From NCBI GenBank assembly GCA_964016885.1, contig OZ024745.1:125984001-126048000 (forward strand): a stretch of 64,000 bases of DNA, read 5' to 3'. Positions 1 to 14,329 of this stretch are shown piece after piece (the stretch's first letter is position 1; each line of letters begins with the position of its first letter). Made by a program: the position numbers and the translations under genes. The DNA comes from Eledone cirrhosa (Eukaryota). The notes beneath the pieces are model-generated. The model searched no databases. It was given only the letters and a program-made list of their open reading frames with translations, and was not told the origin of the DNA.

Positions 1-766
1 CATTATTTATTATATATATATATTTATATATATATATTTATTAAAATAACAGATTAAAGTTTAAGCAAAGAATCGCTGCTTTCAAAATTTGAGAACCTCT
101 GTGTTAGAGGGATCGTGTAGACGCTCACACGTTGGTTTGTTAATGGTGTTGTTAATTGTTATTGAGTTGTTGATGTTCTTTCTTTAAGATGCTGATTGCT
201 GGTATTGTACTGGCGCTAGAGATATAATGGTGGTTGTTGGAGATGACACTAGAAGTGATGATTTCTAGTGATGGTGGTAGTTGTGGTGATGGTGGTAGCT
301 GGGGAGTGCGCTTGTTGTGAGGATGTCAAGGTCGACCTATCCTACTTGTACCAGACAACTATTTTTAGGATTGGATAACAGTAATTTTCATCATCAGAAA
401 CACCTCTCACATCCCCAATCTCTCTATAGCAAAGATTCTCCCCTATCCCAAGAGGATCTCCCCCATCCTCACCCCACACACACACACATATACACAGTGA
501 TACATGGAGACAGCAAAAAAATAAAAATAAATAAAAATAAGAGAGAGTGAGAGAGACAAACATACACACACATTTCCATGGATACATAGACATTATTTAG
601 CTGTTTTTACATATATTTGTGGTAGGATACATGTCAGTTTATTGCAAGCTAGATTTTTTACTTGAAAGGAAATTAAGCTTTGCTTCAAGAAGTAAACTGA
701 ACGACCGATAATGGTACAACCTCATAGTTTAATACACACACACACACACATTCGCACATATATACA

Positions 767-812
<46 letters not shown>

Positions 813-1290
813 TAGAAATTTTTTATTTTGGCATACATAGACTATTCTTATTTTTATTCTTTTATTCTATCTTATTTTATTTTTAAACCTTTTTTATAAT
901 CATTTTAATATAATTTTATTTAATTTAATTTTATTTTATTTTATTTTATTAATACATTTTTACTCTTGTTAATCCAAGTTTTAGTATTTAAACCCAATAT
1001 CCCAGTTTTATATCTTAGACCTCTAATATTTGAATACCATCTATAATATTCGTATATCAATTTATTTTTTAGCCGTTATTTACAGCTGTTTTCATTTTGA
1101 GAGCGTTCCTGATCAAAAGTCTCACTCTCTCTTCCTTCTTTCTTTTTCCTTTTTTCCCCTCTTCTATTCCTTTTCCTTTTTCCCTTTTCTTTCCTTTTCT
1201 TCATTTTTCCTATTTTTCTCTTACTCGTATATTTTTGACTGGACACTTTCTTGTTGACAAGTTTTTTTAGGTCTCATATCATGTTACATT

Positions 1291-1358
1291 ATTTTATCTG
1301 ATGAGAACACAATTTTTATCCCAGGATGATGTTGTTTTCGAAATGCGCATAATAAAAT
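1291..1358 (+). ncRNA. Minimal type I hammerhead ribozyme in a Penelope-like element pseudo-LTR
   Basis: ATTTTAT-CTGATGA-(stem II gaacac...gttgttttc)-GAAA-TGCGCA-TA|ATAAAAT. Stem I ATTTTAT/ATAAAAT pairs perfectly, stem III is the palindrome ATGCGCAT, cleavage triplet AUA at 1349-1351. Followed by an AT-rich tail and (TA)n. Confidence 0.8.
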
Positions 1359-1391
1359 ATATGGAACTTTTTTAATCATCTTTTAATTTCT

Positions 1392-1457
<66 letters not shown>

Positions 1458-1461
1458 ATAA

Positions 1462-2287
<826 letters not shown>

Positions 2288-2288
<1 letters not shown>

Positions 2289-2722
2289 CAGATACTCCAC
2301 CCTGATTACACCTTCAGCTTTATGCCTGTGATTATTGGGGCACTGGGGTATGTTAGTAACTGTCTCAATACAAATATTGAGAAGTTAGGCTTCACAAGAA
2401 CAGAAAGAACACAACCAGTTAGGAAATTACAAGCACAAACCATTTATGGAACAGTTCATATATGTAAAACATTCCAAAGATTTTGCATCTAATAACTGCA
2501 TATACACATGTACAGATACAAAGCATATACACATGCACACATACAACTCAAAACATACACATCCACATATACAATAATATCCATATCTACACATGCAGAC
2601 ATACATACATATCTTCCTAGTTGTTGTTGTGTAAATTACAATGAGAGAGTCTTGTGTCTATGTTAGAAACCGACCCTCTCTCTATTGGTAAAAAATTTGT
2701 GAAATTATAAAACGAGAAGAAC
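2288..2722 (+). mobile_element. 5'-truncated R4/Dong-like (restriction-like endonuclease) non-LTR retrotransposon, family A
   Basis: ORF end LQILHPDYTFSFMPVIIGALG...LGF...TIYGTVHICKTF* resembles the PvviGalG...GT..I C-terminus of R4-clade ORFs. The 3' UTR recurs at 19727-20255 and ends in (CATA)n. Confidence 0.7.
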
Positions 2723-2873
2723 ATCCATACATACATACATACATACATACACACACATACATACATACATACATACACACATACACATACATACATACAT
2801 ACATACATACATACATACATACATACATACATACACACACATACATTCATACATACATACATACATACATACA

Positions 2874-2901
<28 letters not shown>
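2722..2901. repeat. (CATA)n microsatellite
   Basis: Direct reading. Confidence 0.95.
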
Positions 2902-2904
<3 letters not shown>

Positions 2905-3310
2905 TATTGGCTGCGAACTCGTTTTCGAGTACGGCCACTACTTTATACCCATGTAGGAGAACCCCTACCGATGCGCTGAACGAGTGTGACTTTTTAGTCC
3001 AGCCAGCGACTTGAAAACTCTGGTACAAACACTACACTTGTGACAATTATTGATACATAGTGCTGGGCCCATAGTACCATGTGACGACAAGTGCAGAGAG
3101 ATCTCCAGATATAAAGCAATGCCTGTGCCCTCAAGCTTTTATAGTGAGCAAAGGCACTGCACAAAGCCAGTCCCACTCTCTTAACCAAGATGATATTTAC
3201 CAAAAAGAAAAACAAGTCAACATCATTGGATACCATCAGGGTTGCAGGTGTTATATCAGAGTTTTCCTTCTCCTAGAATTCTGCCTTGACAAAGGCTAAG
3301 GGGTCATCTC
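2902..3310 (-). mobile_element. RTE-derived non-autonomous retroelement with (GTAT)n tail
   Basis: Homologous to 6370-6645, 6725-7270 and 63218-63535; carries the reverse complement of the ctaggagaaggaaaactctgatataa motif typical of RTE 5' UTRs. Confidence 0.6.
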
Positions 3311-3409
3311 TTGATACATACATACATACATTCATACATTCATACATACATACATACATACATACATACATACATACATACATACATACATACATACATA
3401 CATACATAC

Positions 3410-3751
3410 GTTGTCAGAAAAATACAGGAGAAGGAGGACATCTACGGACCATTGATGAGGAGTTTACAAATCCAGTATCCAAGATACACCTTTAGCTTCA
3501 TACCCATCATTATTGGTGCTACGGGTCATATACCAACCCGCTTGGACCAAAGTATGACTGAACTTGGATTTGCGGACAAAAAGCGCAGCTCCCTAATTCA
3601 TAGTCTGCAGATGGCTGCGATAGCTGGCACCTTCAAAATTTGCAAAACATTCTTGCGATTCAAGGGATGACAATTTCTTTTCTTTTACAACCTTGCCACC
3701 AGGAAGGTGGCCGGTCAAAAAAATATACTCGAAATTAAGAGAAAGAGAAAA
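3410..3751 (+). mobile_element. 5'-truncated R4/Dong-like retrotransposon, family B, embedded in (CATA)n
   Basis: Encodes VVRKIQEKEDIYGPLMRSLQIQYPRYTFSFIPIIIGATG...AAIAGTFKICKTFL*; (CATA)n on both sides; second copy at 20664-20923. Confidence 0.75.
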
Positions 3752-3897
3752 CATACATACATACATACATACATACATACATACATACATACATACATAC
3801 ATACATACATACATAGCGTGATCACCAAGAAAGTCTAGGATAGCACAACCATTATCCGGAAAGCTATATGAGACCATGTATATGGGATTGTGTGTGT

Positions 3898-3989
<92 letters not shown>

Positions 3990-4214
3990 TCTGACAGTGT
4001 GTGAATATGTGTCAGCTAGTTCTGGCTGGTTTGGGAAAACTAAGACAACCATAACACACAATGTTATATTAGTATGTATAACGTGTAAATTCTATATACG
4101 TGCAAGTGTCTCTGTCAGTGTATATATGTGTGTATGCGTGTGTATGTGTTTGTATATGTGCATGTGTAAGTGTTTGTGTTTATGTGTATGTCTCTGTCAG
4201 TATGTCTGTATATA

Positions 4215-4293
4215 TTGGGTCGTCAAGTATGAAATTTGTAGAAGTCTATAGAAAAGGAACGGATTTCTACAAATTTCATACTTGACGACTCAA
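4215..4293. mobile_element. ~79-bp palindromic mariner-type MITE (MADE1-like architecture)
   Basis: TIR ttgggtcgtcaagtatgaaatttgtagaa / ttctacaaatttcatacttgacgactcaa, TA on the left, second copy at 7681. Confidence 0.8.
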
Positions 4294-4359
4294 TGTGTGT
4301 GTGTGTGTGTGTGTGTTTCTGTGTGAGTGTGTCTGTGTGTGTGTTTGTGTGTGTATATG

Positions 4360-4564
<205 letters not shown>

Positions 4565-5572
4565 GGCTGGTAACAAAGTACTGGCTGCTTTTGAAATATA
4601 TAACAGGACTGCCAAGAAAGACTAAAGTAACCATAACATAATTCTGTTGTGTGTATGTGCGGCTCTGTTCGGGTGTAGGTTCCAGAGTGTGTGCGAGTAT
4701 GTATTCAAATGTGTTTATGTGTATATGTATGAATCTGTGTGCTTAAGTGAGGCTGTATGTATAAATCATTACGTGAGAACTGCCGTGAGTAACATGAAAC
4801 TATAATAATAACGGTAATAATAATAATAACAATAATAACAATAATGACAACAACAACAACATCAATAATAATAATAAGGACAACAAATAAATAAATTATT
4901 AAATGAATAAATAAGTAATTATCCAGAACGCGTTTAGGTCAAGTGAAATATATTTGAAATCGAAGAAGTGGAGTACAAACAAACATTTATTCTGTCTACA
5001 TACGAAACACTATTTATGAGAGTGTAATAACCAGAACATTTTTATAATCCAGTAATTTTCCACCGTCTTCGGTTCATGCAGATATTACTAACAAATTTTG
5101 ACATAGCTAAGGAAGGTGGACCTACATGCTTTCTCGGCCTGCACGAAATATCTGCAAGTTCTTTTGCAAATCCCACCCTTAAAATGTAAAAGTCCCTTAA
5201 TTCTTGATGGTCTCGTAACGGCGGTATTCTGTTCTGACACCCGGTATGTCAGTTTAAACCTGGCAAAGGCCATCCCTCTCCAGGTCGGAACACAGCCGAT
5301 TTCTTCTCGAGAGAGAATGAAAGAGTAGGAATCGACCCTATACTGGTAATTTATTTAGCGACATCGAAATTTTGAAAAGCAAAGCTGACCTCGACGAGAT
5401 TTGAAATCAGAAGGCAGATTTTAAGCTGAGATCATGTAGGTACTTCAACATCGGAGTAAGAGCCACCGATGCATTTCACTCACGTTACAGTTCATCGGCG
5501 TTCACTTATATACATTCTCATGCTGGTCTATCGAAGACAACCAAGAGGATGTGATTAGCAGAGTCATTATAA

Positions 5573-5752
5573 CTGCTTCTACTTTTGGCAAAAGGCCAGC
5601 AATTACCCAGTGCATTACAGGTACTTTATTTTATCTACCCCGTAAGGATGAAAGACAAAGTTAACCTTGGCGCGATTTGAACTCAGACCGTAAAGGGACG
5701 TAACTATGCTGGAAAGCATGGCGTCCGACCTTCTACTGATACTCCCAATCCT
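5573..5752 (-). mobile_element. tRNA-derived SINE (Meta-SINE-like central domain)
   Basis: Matches the window consensus (B box gagttcaaatc; ctttgcctttcatccttacggggtcgataaaataaagtacc); TSD cagagtcattataac. Confidence 0.85.
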
Positions 5753-6185
5753 CAGAGTCATTATAACGCCGGATGGAATGTGTTATGGTATACCTACCAG
5801 CTCTCCTCGCTCAAGGTTCAAATCCTAGCCAATTCAACTTCACATTTTATCCTTTCGAGGTCAATAGATGACATAGTAATCCAGTATTGGAGGTGATTTC
5901 TCGTCTACTCTCTCTCTCTCGCACACACGCACACACATACATGCACACACATACATGCACACACACACGCGCACACACATACATGCACACACATTCTCTA
6001 TGTCTCTCCCGAAGAAATTAGCTTTGTTCAGATTTAAAGAGAAATGGACTTCACTAAGTTTAAATCTCACAACGATGTCCCTACAACACTATGTAAGTTC
6101 AGAGCAGGCGGACGCGTGGGTGGATGGAGGGAAACCCGACCGATATTATCGTGGGACTCGAGAGCAGCTCGATAGGACACTGACT

Positions 6186-6648
6186 TAGAAAAGCTTTAAG
6201 CACAGGCATTGCTTAATATGTGTTATCTTTTGCAATACATAGCATGGCTGGCCATAGGCAAGTCCCTAGCAGGACTAAAAAGCCACGTCCGTGAGGAACT
6301 CAGAAGAATCAACGTCCATCCCATAAACTGTTTTCTTTTGTGGAGCAAGAGACTTCTAGTCTTCATTAAGACATCTCTCTAGCAGGTCACTCTGATATAA
6401 AACCTGCGACTTCATTTGGTTCCAATGATGTAGACCAAATACATTCGATGTTCAGAGAGTGAGATTGACCCCATGCGAAGCCGTTCCTCACTGAAAAAAG
6501 CTTTAAGCACAAGCAACGCTTGATATCTGACATTTGTTGCGATGCATATTATTGCTGGACATAGGCAACTTCGAAACAAAACTAAAAAGCCACTTAAATA
6601 TCAAGCGATGGAATTACTTGAAATCGAGATGCAGCCATCATCATCATG
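6186..6648 (+). mobile_element. RTE-derived non-autonomous element fragments ending in catcat(gtat)n
   Basis: aaagctttaagcacaggc...ggactaaaaagccac occurs twice; the 3' end gcagccatcatcat is followed by (GTAT)n; homologous to 51025-51250. Confidence 0.6.
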
Positions 6649-6724
6649 TATGTATGTATGTATGTATGTATGTATGTATGTATGTATGTATGTATGTATG
6701 TATGTATGTATGTATGTATGTATG

Positions 6725-7272
6725 CATGTCGGGTCACTCTTGAGTGCTACTGGTAACATGTAACTCAGTACACTTTGTCGCATGGTCGGGTCGTCGGCGA
6801 CTAAACCGGCAACCCCACCAAGTTTACTTGATGAGGAGCGTGATTTTGGACACCCTGCAGGACAAAAAACAAAACCTGACAAAGGGCGGAAGAACTCATA
6901 AGAGTCAACGGCCATCTAAAAGTGTGTAAATATGTATATACACATGTACCGCGTGGTTAAACCACTGGGAGTGAAGGACCCCTAGCCTTTGTCAGGGCAT
7001 ACTTCTAGGAGATGATGGCGACTCAGGAAAATGGGATAACTCCGATATAAAACCTGCGGCTCAGTAGTTACCGATGATGTTGATCTTTTCCTCTTTTCGG
7101 GTTATAGCTACTGTCGCTCAGAGATTGGGATAGGCTCAGTGCATAGTCTTTCCTCACTCTGAAAAATATCTTCATGCACAGGCATTGCACGATTGTATTA
7201 ATTAATAATTATTAATAATGGTATATCGTGCAATGGCCATGTTCGATAACGAGGGGGCAGCCATCATGTATG
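6725..7272 (+). mobile_element. Near full-length RTE-derived non-autonomous element
   Basis: 5' motifs aaacctgacaaagggcgga...gagtcaacggccatc and ctagcctttgtcagggc...ctaggaga; close match to the inverted copy at 63218-63535; hairpin cattgcacgat...atcgtgcaatg near the 3' end. Confidence 0.65.
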
Positions 7273-7680
7273 CATGTATCTAGTGGCCAATGCTAACATA
7301 ACGAATCAGTCAATGAAAAGTTACCACAGTCTTTCCGTTGCTTGTTCTGTCTCTGTAATGTGCCGAACCTCCAGTGGATGCTGCTTTGTAGTCCCAGCCG
7401 ACTGAATAGAAAACGCATTACCACGGAGGATAACAAAGGGGATGATCTGAAAAATTCATTTCACCTCACGTATATTATTCATGGGACAGAATTGAGCGGA
7501 GCAGCTCCGTCTCCATAGTAATGACCACGGTAGTGTTTCAGTGACTTGTGACAGCAAAAATGTCCACCGCTATACGAAAACAGCCGGTACTTCAACAGGA
7601 CTGCTGCCTCTTCCTCATCATCATACACAGGTTATGTTTCTACATCCTATATTATTTATTTACGTTGAATTCATAATCTA

Positions 7681-7755
7681 TTGGGTCGTCAAGTATGAAG
7701 TTTATAGAAATTCCTAGAAAAGAAATTTCTATAAGTTTCATACTTGACGACCCAA
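7681..7755. mobile_element. ~75-bp palindromic mariner-type MITE, copy 2
   Basis: TA-ttgggtcgtcaagtatgaa...ttcatacttgacgacccaa-TA with intact TA target duplication. Confidence 0.85.
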
Positions 7756-8103
7756 TATTTCTTTTTCCCTCTTCTACCCCCAATCGTCTCTGTGCCTCTT
7801 CCTCGTTCACCAATTTTATATCGTTCTATGTGTGATTTTATGTCTCAACTGCTCAGTGTTCGGATTTTACTCAGTCACTCCTCTTTTATTCTCTTATTCT
7901 TCATTCTCTTTCTGTCTCATCAACTCTCTCCTTCCATCCTCTCTCACCCACTCTCCTTTCTCTTAGACGTTTTCTCTACCATACTACCATATCAAGTATC
8001 CATCTATTCCTCTACCTGAAATGTTTCTGCTTCTACTCACTCACTCCCTTATGCCTTTAATTTCTTCGAGATCCCCTTTCCTCTCTCTCTCTCACTCTCA
8101 CTA

Positions 8104-8210
<107 letters not shown>

Positions 8211-9135
8211 TATATATACATATATATACACATATAGAGAGAGAGACAGAGTGTAATTGGAAACAGCACGAAAAAAAAGATATATATATATATTCAAACA
8301 CACACACACACACAACGCACACACACATATATATATATACATATATATATACATATATATATAAATATACATATATATATATATATTTATATATATATAT
8401 ATATTTATATATCCATATATATTTATATATACATATATATATATATATATACATACATATATATAACAACACCCAGACCAATTTACCGATTTAACAGATC
8501 TAAAATTATCAAACAATAAAACACCGTAGAACATGTTCGCTGACATATTTTATTTTCAAGACCTTTGCTTTTCTTTTATAAATCGCTTCCATCTTTTTAT
8601 ATTTTTGTTTGTTTTGCCAGGGAACCTTCTGGAAGTGATTTTCTCTGCTGTTCTACAATTTATTTGGGTTGAGTTATTCACCCTATTTCCATTTATTAGT
8701 GTTTTGTTTCCGTTTACGTTTTTTTTTCTATTTTGCTCTTCATTGAATTATACGTTTGTTCTCATTCCATATATTCTATCTGTCTATCTGTCTATCTAGC
8801 TATACACACGCGCACACACACACACACACAAACACAAACACAAAGACAAACACACAAACACACACACACACACATATATATATATACATACACATACATG
8901 CACATATATATATGTATGTTTGTATGTATATATATACATATATATACATATATATGCATATATGTATATATATACATACATATGTATACACATATATATA
9001 TATATGTGTGTGTGTGTGTATGTGTGTGTGTGTGTATGTATCATCCACCTATTTTCGTCAAGCAGCCAAGATGTCCTCCTTTGTCTATTGAACAATAGAA
9101 CTTTCTTTTTCACACACCCGCACACACACACACAC

Positions 9136-9213
<78 letters not shown>

Positions 9214-9219
9214 GCGCAC

Positions 9220-9250
<31 letters not shown>

Positions 9251-9449
9251 CATATACATAAGAGGATACCGAACTCTGTAGGGTGTATCATCAACTGCCT
9301 TGGGTAATGTGCCATTAACCTATAAACGTGCGTGCGCACATACACATACACGAGTCTGTCCGTTCTCTCTTATTTTCTCTCATATATATATATATGTGTG
9401 TGTGTACATATGTGCATTTATGTGTGCTTTTATGCTGCGCCTCCGTCGG

Positions 9450-9742
9450 TTTCGACGAAGATTGCTCCAGCTGTTCGATCACAGAATCACGCTACTGGTG
9501 AAATTAACATGCAAATAGCTGAACATTCAACAGTTTTGTTCATCTTTAACGTAGTTCTCAGGGAGATTCAGCGTCACACAATGTGCAACAAAACTGGTCC
9601 TTTGAATTACATGTAAAACTAGCTACGTGGACTACAGCCACATAAAATAATGTTTTGTTCAAGGACACAATGCCTCACCGGGAATCGGACTCACGATCTT
9701 GCGATTATGAGCTGAACAACCAAAATATTAAGCGAATGCCTT
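9450..9742 (-). mobile_element. Older tRNA-derived SINE, second family
   Basis: aacgtagttctcagggagattcagcgt...caaggacacaa...gggaatcggactcacgatc; homologues at 28820, 45985 and 47420. Confidence 0.7.
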
Positions 9743-10221
9743 CTTAGTTGGTAATTTACTTTATCGTCTCCGGAATGAATGAAAGGCAAAGTTGACCTCG
9801 GTGGTGTTTGATCACAGAAAATAGAGTGCTGGAACAAATACTGCAACACATTTTATCTGACACTCTAACAATTCACCAGAACCACCGCCCTGTCACTAAT
9901 AATATCTTCCAGAAAACATGAAATTTAAAAATCATCTCCTTTGACAAAAAAGCATAAGCCTGAAAATATTAAATCATTGAAGTTGATTACTCAAGCACAT
10001 CACCCGCATGGAAAATAATAGTTCAATTAGTATTGACATATATAATGCAGTGAGCATCAAAAATATAGTTAGAAATATTTATGCGGTGAGAAAGAGGAAA
10101 AGATAAATATTATTTCAAGCACGGAGACAACATCAAAATGGTTGCGGTCTTATTAGATAACCTCAGAGAAACAAAGACTACACCGGATTTCTCGCCCTCA
10201 TGCAGTAAGGAGTAAAATAAT

Positions 10222-10420
10222 ATTGATTTCTAATATAGGCAAAAGGCCAGTAATTTGTGCAGAGGGAAAAGTCGATTAAATCGATGCTGGTGCTTTATTG
10301 TATCGACCCCGCAAGTATGAAAGGCAAATTTAACCTCGGTGGGATTTGAACTCAGACCGTAAAGGACCGTAACTCTACGCTGCAAAGCATGGTGTCCGAC
10401 TCTTTACCGATACTGCCAAT
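10222..10420 (-). mobile_element. tRNA-derived SINE (Meta-like, long variant)
   Basis: Consensus match; contains gtcgattaaatcga; TSD aatattgat. Confidence 0.85.
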
Positions 10421-12054
10421 CAATATTGATCATTGAACTAATGTTGTATTTTCCTTGCCACATGAATATTTCCTATCAGATTTGTTTTCTGTTCACTGCA
10501 CAACGACTAGTTGAAGAAAACAGATATACAGTTCTGAATTACAATCAAACATGTGGTGCCCTAAATAATGTTTAAAGATAGAATTATATGTGAAACTGAG
10601 ATAGAAAGAGAAAAAATTTGAAACCGCCCAATAATCAAACCAGCTAGGTTACTTCTAATTTGTTTATCGTGTTAGACATAATAACTAAATATATCTCGAA
10701 TAATAACATTATGCCTTAAACGATGAAGAGTACATCGCATAGTGTTGTCCTAAGACATTCAAAGACGAGATAGTATCGGCTAGAACGTGGATCAGATTAA
10801 TAATGAAAGATGTCCCAGGGTTAAAAAAATCAACGAAGAAATGGTTCAGTGAATCCTTTACTATCGTCACAACTTGGTAGGGAGGCGTGAGTTCCAAGGT
10901 TGGTACACCATATTGAGGGAACTGTTTAGTCTGATATTCCATGGTAGGCAGATTACTCAGGCATGGTGCTCGTTAAAGAGGGAGAGAAGTTCAGCACTTT
11001 CCATATAGGCGCTCTTTCGCAAAGAGCATATTTCAGGACGTTTGTTTTATAAACCCTATTCTCAAAATCTGAGGTTTCACCATTATGCCTCCTATAGTGA
11101 CGAGCCCGTTCCCTGGTACGACGCAATATGGTTGATTAGAACACAAATGTTGCTATATTGGCGTTCTGAAGGATGGAACATGGTTAGTTAATTTAAGGTA
11201 GTTTGTTCAGATTTATAGACTTTACTTAACAGCGGCCTTTCGTAACTAAAAGTTTATATAGATATATCCTCCATCTTTCAAATTCCAAATATAGTTTTTC
11301 TAATGTGAGTCTAATTTCCTCGCTTACTACCAAATTTCTTTAGGTGGTGTCCTTTCAAAATACACGCAGACATACCAGCTCAATTCTTTTCTACTACGCA
11401 TCTACAATAAGAAACTATGAGACACTTGTCATGTTGATCTACTAACCAACCATCGACAATACTTATCCAATCGTATCCAGCCATAGATGTCTCCATGTTT
11501 TCTTGATTCTGTTATTAATAGCTATGACATTTAATGTTCTTCTATATCGTATTAATTTCAAATAAACATTCGGGATAGTTTCATATTATTTTCTTTGGAG
11601 TCATTACCGAGATCCAGACTATCATGTTTCTTGGAAATATTTTCCCTGCATAATACGTTACAATTATCATAGAAGCATAAATGTGTGGCTTTGACACCAA
11701 TTATGCATTATGTCACCGAAGCTGCTGGTGGAGTCCCATAACGTGTCAGATTACTGACCAAATACACAATGGTTTATATCGTGTCAGCTGGGATACACTG
11801 TTCTCTATCCACACCAAACAACACTCAAAGTCTCACTAGTCTAGTAAATCTTGATTTGATATAAGTATAACGAGTAGGTTTGACTCACCAGCATCATGAA
11901 CAGAAGCAGTGTCTCATGAAAGAGCATTTCATTAGTGCGCAACACAGAATATATGATAGCACAGTCAACAGTTATATTTCAGTAAATACCGTTGTCAGGA
12001 CTCCACCAATCAATCATATTGTGTATTTTGCATCTTTTTACTTAAACTTCTGCT

Positions 12055-12216
12055 TAAAGCATGGCTGAGTCGTTAAAGATTTCGCTTAGCAACGAGTTGG
12101 TTCCAGACTCTGACCCCCAGCGTGGCACCTCGGACAAATGTCTGCAATTATAGACTCGGGTTGAGTAATGTCTTCTGAGTAGAGTTGGGTAACTGGGAAC
12201 TGCAGAGGCCCGTTGT
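12055..12216 (+). mobile_element. Degenerate tRNA-derived SINE, third family
   Basis: catggctgagtcgttaa...gcgtggcacctcggacaaatgtct...aactgcagaggcccgttgtatat; related sequence at about 46165-46315 (-). Confidence 0.55.
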
Positions 12217-12242
12217 ATATATATATATTTATTGTTATATAT

Positions 12243-12515
12243 ATATTGTTATACTTTGGGAGGGTCATGTTGCCAATAAAAAAGATACGCACCTGTTGGA
12301 TTTCACTTCAATTTATTATAAATTTCCAGTAGGTTGGTTGGTTGGTTGGTTGGTTGATTGATTGGTTGTTTGATTGGTTCGATAACCGGAAGGTTGTCTA
12401 TATAAACAACCTTCCGGTTATCGAACCAACTAGAAATTTATAATAAATTGAAGTGAAAACTATAATGTGCGTGTCTTTTTATTAGCAACATGACCCACCT
12501 GAAGTATAACAATAT
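12243..12515. mobile_element. Fold-back copy of a Penelope-like 3' terminus
   Basis: Arms atattgttatact...ggtcatgttgccaataaaaaagatacgcac...ttcacttcaatttattataaatttc and its reverse complement; centre aaggttgtctatataaacaacctt; single-arm copy at 61822-61980. Confidence 0.7.
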
Positions 12516-12575
12516 CTGTTTCAACACACGTTTTCAGATAAGAAATCTCGCAAAACAAATTCAAAAACAACGAAT

Positions 12576-12623
<48 letters not shown>

Positions 12624-12708
12624 CATATATACATATGTAGGTAGGTAGAACAGTGGGAGGTAATATCAATAGTGGTAGAGCACTCAGTCCATGGGACGAG
12701 TTTGGTAG

Positions 12709-12770
12709 AAGTAGAAACACAACAGTAAGTTCACCATACCGATGGTGAAGTAACTGTTGTGTTTCTACTT
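12709..12770. repeat. 62-bp imperfect palindrome ending at (TA)n
   Basis: aagtagaaacacaacagt..ttcaccat-accg-atggtgaa..actgttgtgtttctactt. Confidence 0.85.
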
Positions 12771-12829
12771 ATATATATATATATACAGAGAGAGAGAGAG
12801 AGGAAACGACAAAACAGATACAAAATGTC

Positions 12830-13345
12830 TTATTAGTTTCAGACAAAAAGTTCTTGTTACTTGGGCATCTAAATGAAAAGTATTAGAGATCAATTTAAAG
12901 CATAAATTAGATAATGCCAAAATAAACATTGGTTGGGATAGAAACTAGATAAACTGACACTGGAAAGTTTCGCTTGTATTCTCTTCCTAACTGCAGTTTC
13001 TAGAATGAAGAAAGGATAATCATTATGTCAATAAACTAAGATAACCAATATTGGGAGACATTCCTTGATCACTACGAACCTGGCATATTGTCATGACATT
13101 CCCATTCATTTGGTACACATGTTACTCAACGCACCAAGCTGTTTGATAACGCTGAGGTTCGTATTCTATGTTTTGAATATTTTTTCTATATCCAAAGAAT
13201 CCCTCTGATGAAAGAATTTCTTCCATTATTCTGGTAATTGATATTGTTTCTTAATTCAAGAAACTGTAAAACTCTAGTTAGAAAGACGATAATTATTTTT
13301 CTAACTTGTATCCTCCACTGGAGGTTTTGGCATCAGATGAAGTAT
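12830..13345 (+). mobile_element. Degenerate Penelope-like 3' end with decayed hammerhead
   Basis: Residual C..C.EE..I-like coding, then ctgatga (13205), a gaatt/aattc stem and gaaac (13260), ending at (TA)n. Confidence 0.45.
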
Positions 13346-13378
13346 ATATATATATATGTCTGTGTATATATATATATA

Positions 13379-13476
<98 letters not shown>

Positions 13477-13534
13477 GTAAGCTAACAACCAAATTGTACA
13501 AAATAGTTATGTGTATATATATCCACAGTGTGTA

Positions 13535-13641
<107 letters not shown>

Positions 13642-14329
13642 CATTGAGAGAGAGACATTGAGAGAGAAAGAGAGAGAGAGAGAGAGAGGGGGGTCCTTTG
13701 TAATAATACAAAAGACAGAAATGAATTTTCTCAGTGAGAATATGTAGTAATACATATTACAAGCTTTTTCTTTCCATTCTTGTTACTCTCTCTCTCTCTC
13801 TCCCTCTCTCTCTCCCTTTCTCTCTCCCTTCTCTCTCACTCTTCCCCCTACCACCCATCTCTCTCTCACTCTTTCTTTCTTTGCACACACATACATTGAT
13901 GTACATACAGCATTACATTGCTGTTGCTATTGTTACCGTTATTTCACCTTTACTCTAAATCCTCATGAGATAATGAGAATAACAATATCAATGTCATTAA
14001 ATTGTTATTGTTACGGCTGTCTTATTGTAAGAGGTAAGGACTTCGGAGTTTTTTCATCATTTGATTTTTATTTTTCATTATTTAAAAAAAATATTTATAA
14101 TAAAACTCTGGTTCACAATGTCATGGTGTCCTCGTGAATGCGGCATAAGTTATGAAAATGGGTAGACATGTTTATTTTGAGGCAGAACGTAACATATGCT
14201 ACCTAAAGCTGCCGCATTTCAATAAAAAAAAAACGACCGCTACCATCAAACAAACCTTCAAACAAGGGAGGGGCTGAATATACAACTTCTTTGAGGAGTC
14301 TATTCTACGGACATGGACCTGTATATAAT

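Noticed and set aside
7325-7447. Possible minus-strand exon (tttttcag ... gtaact)
   Set aside because: Two frames are open but I recognise no protein similarity and no partner exons.
10700-11900. Complex non-microsatellite sequence, possibly a decayed retroelement ORF
   Set aside because: No motif that I can identify with confidence.
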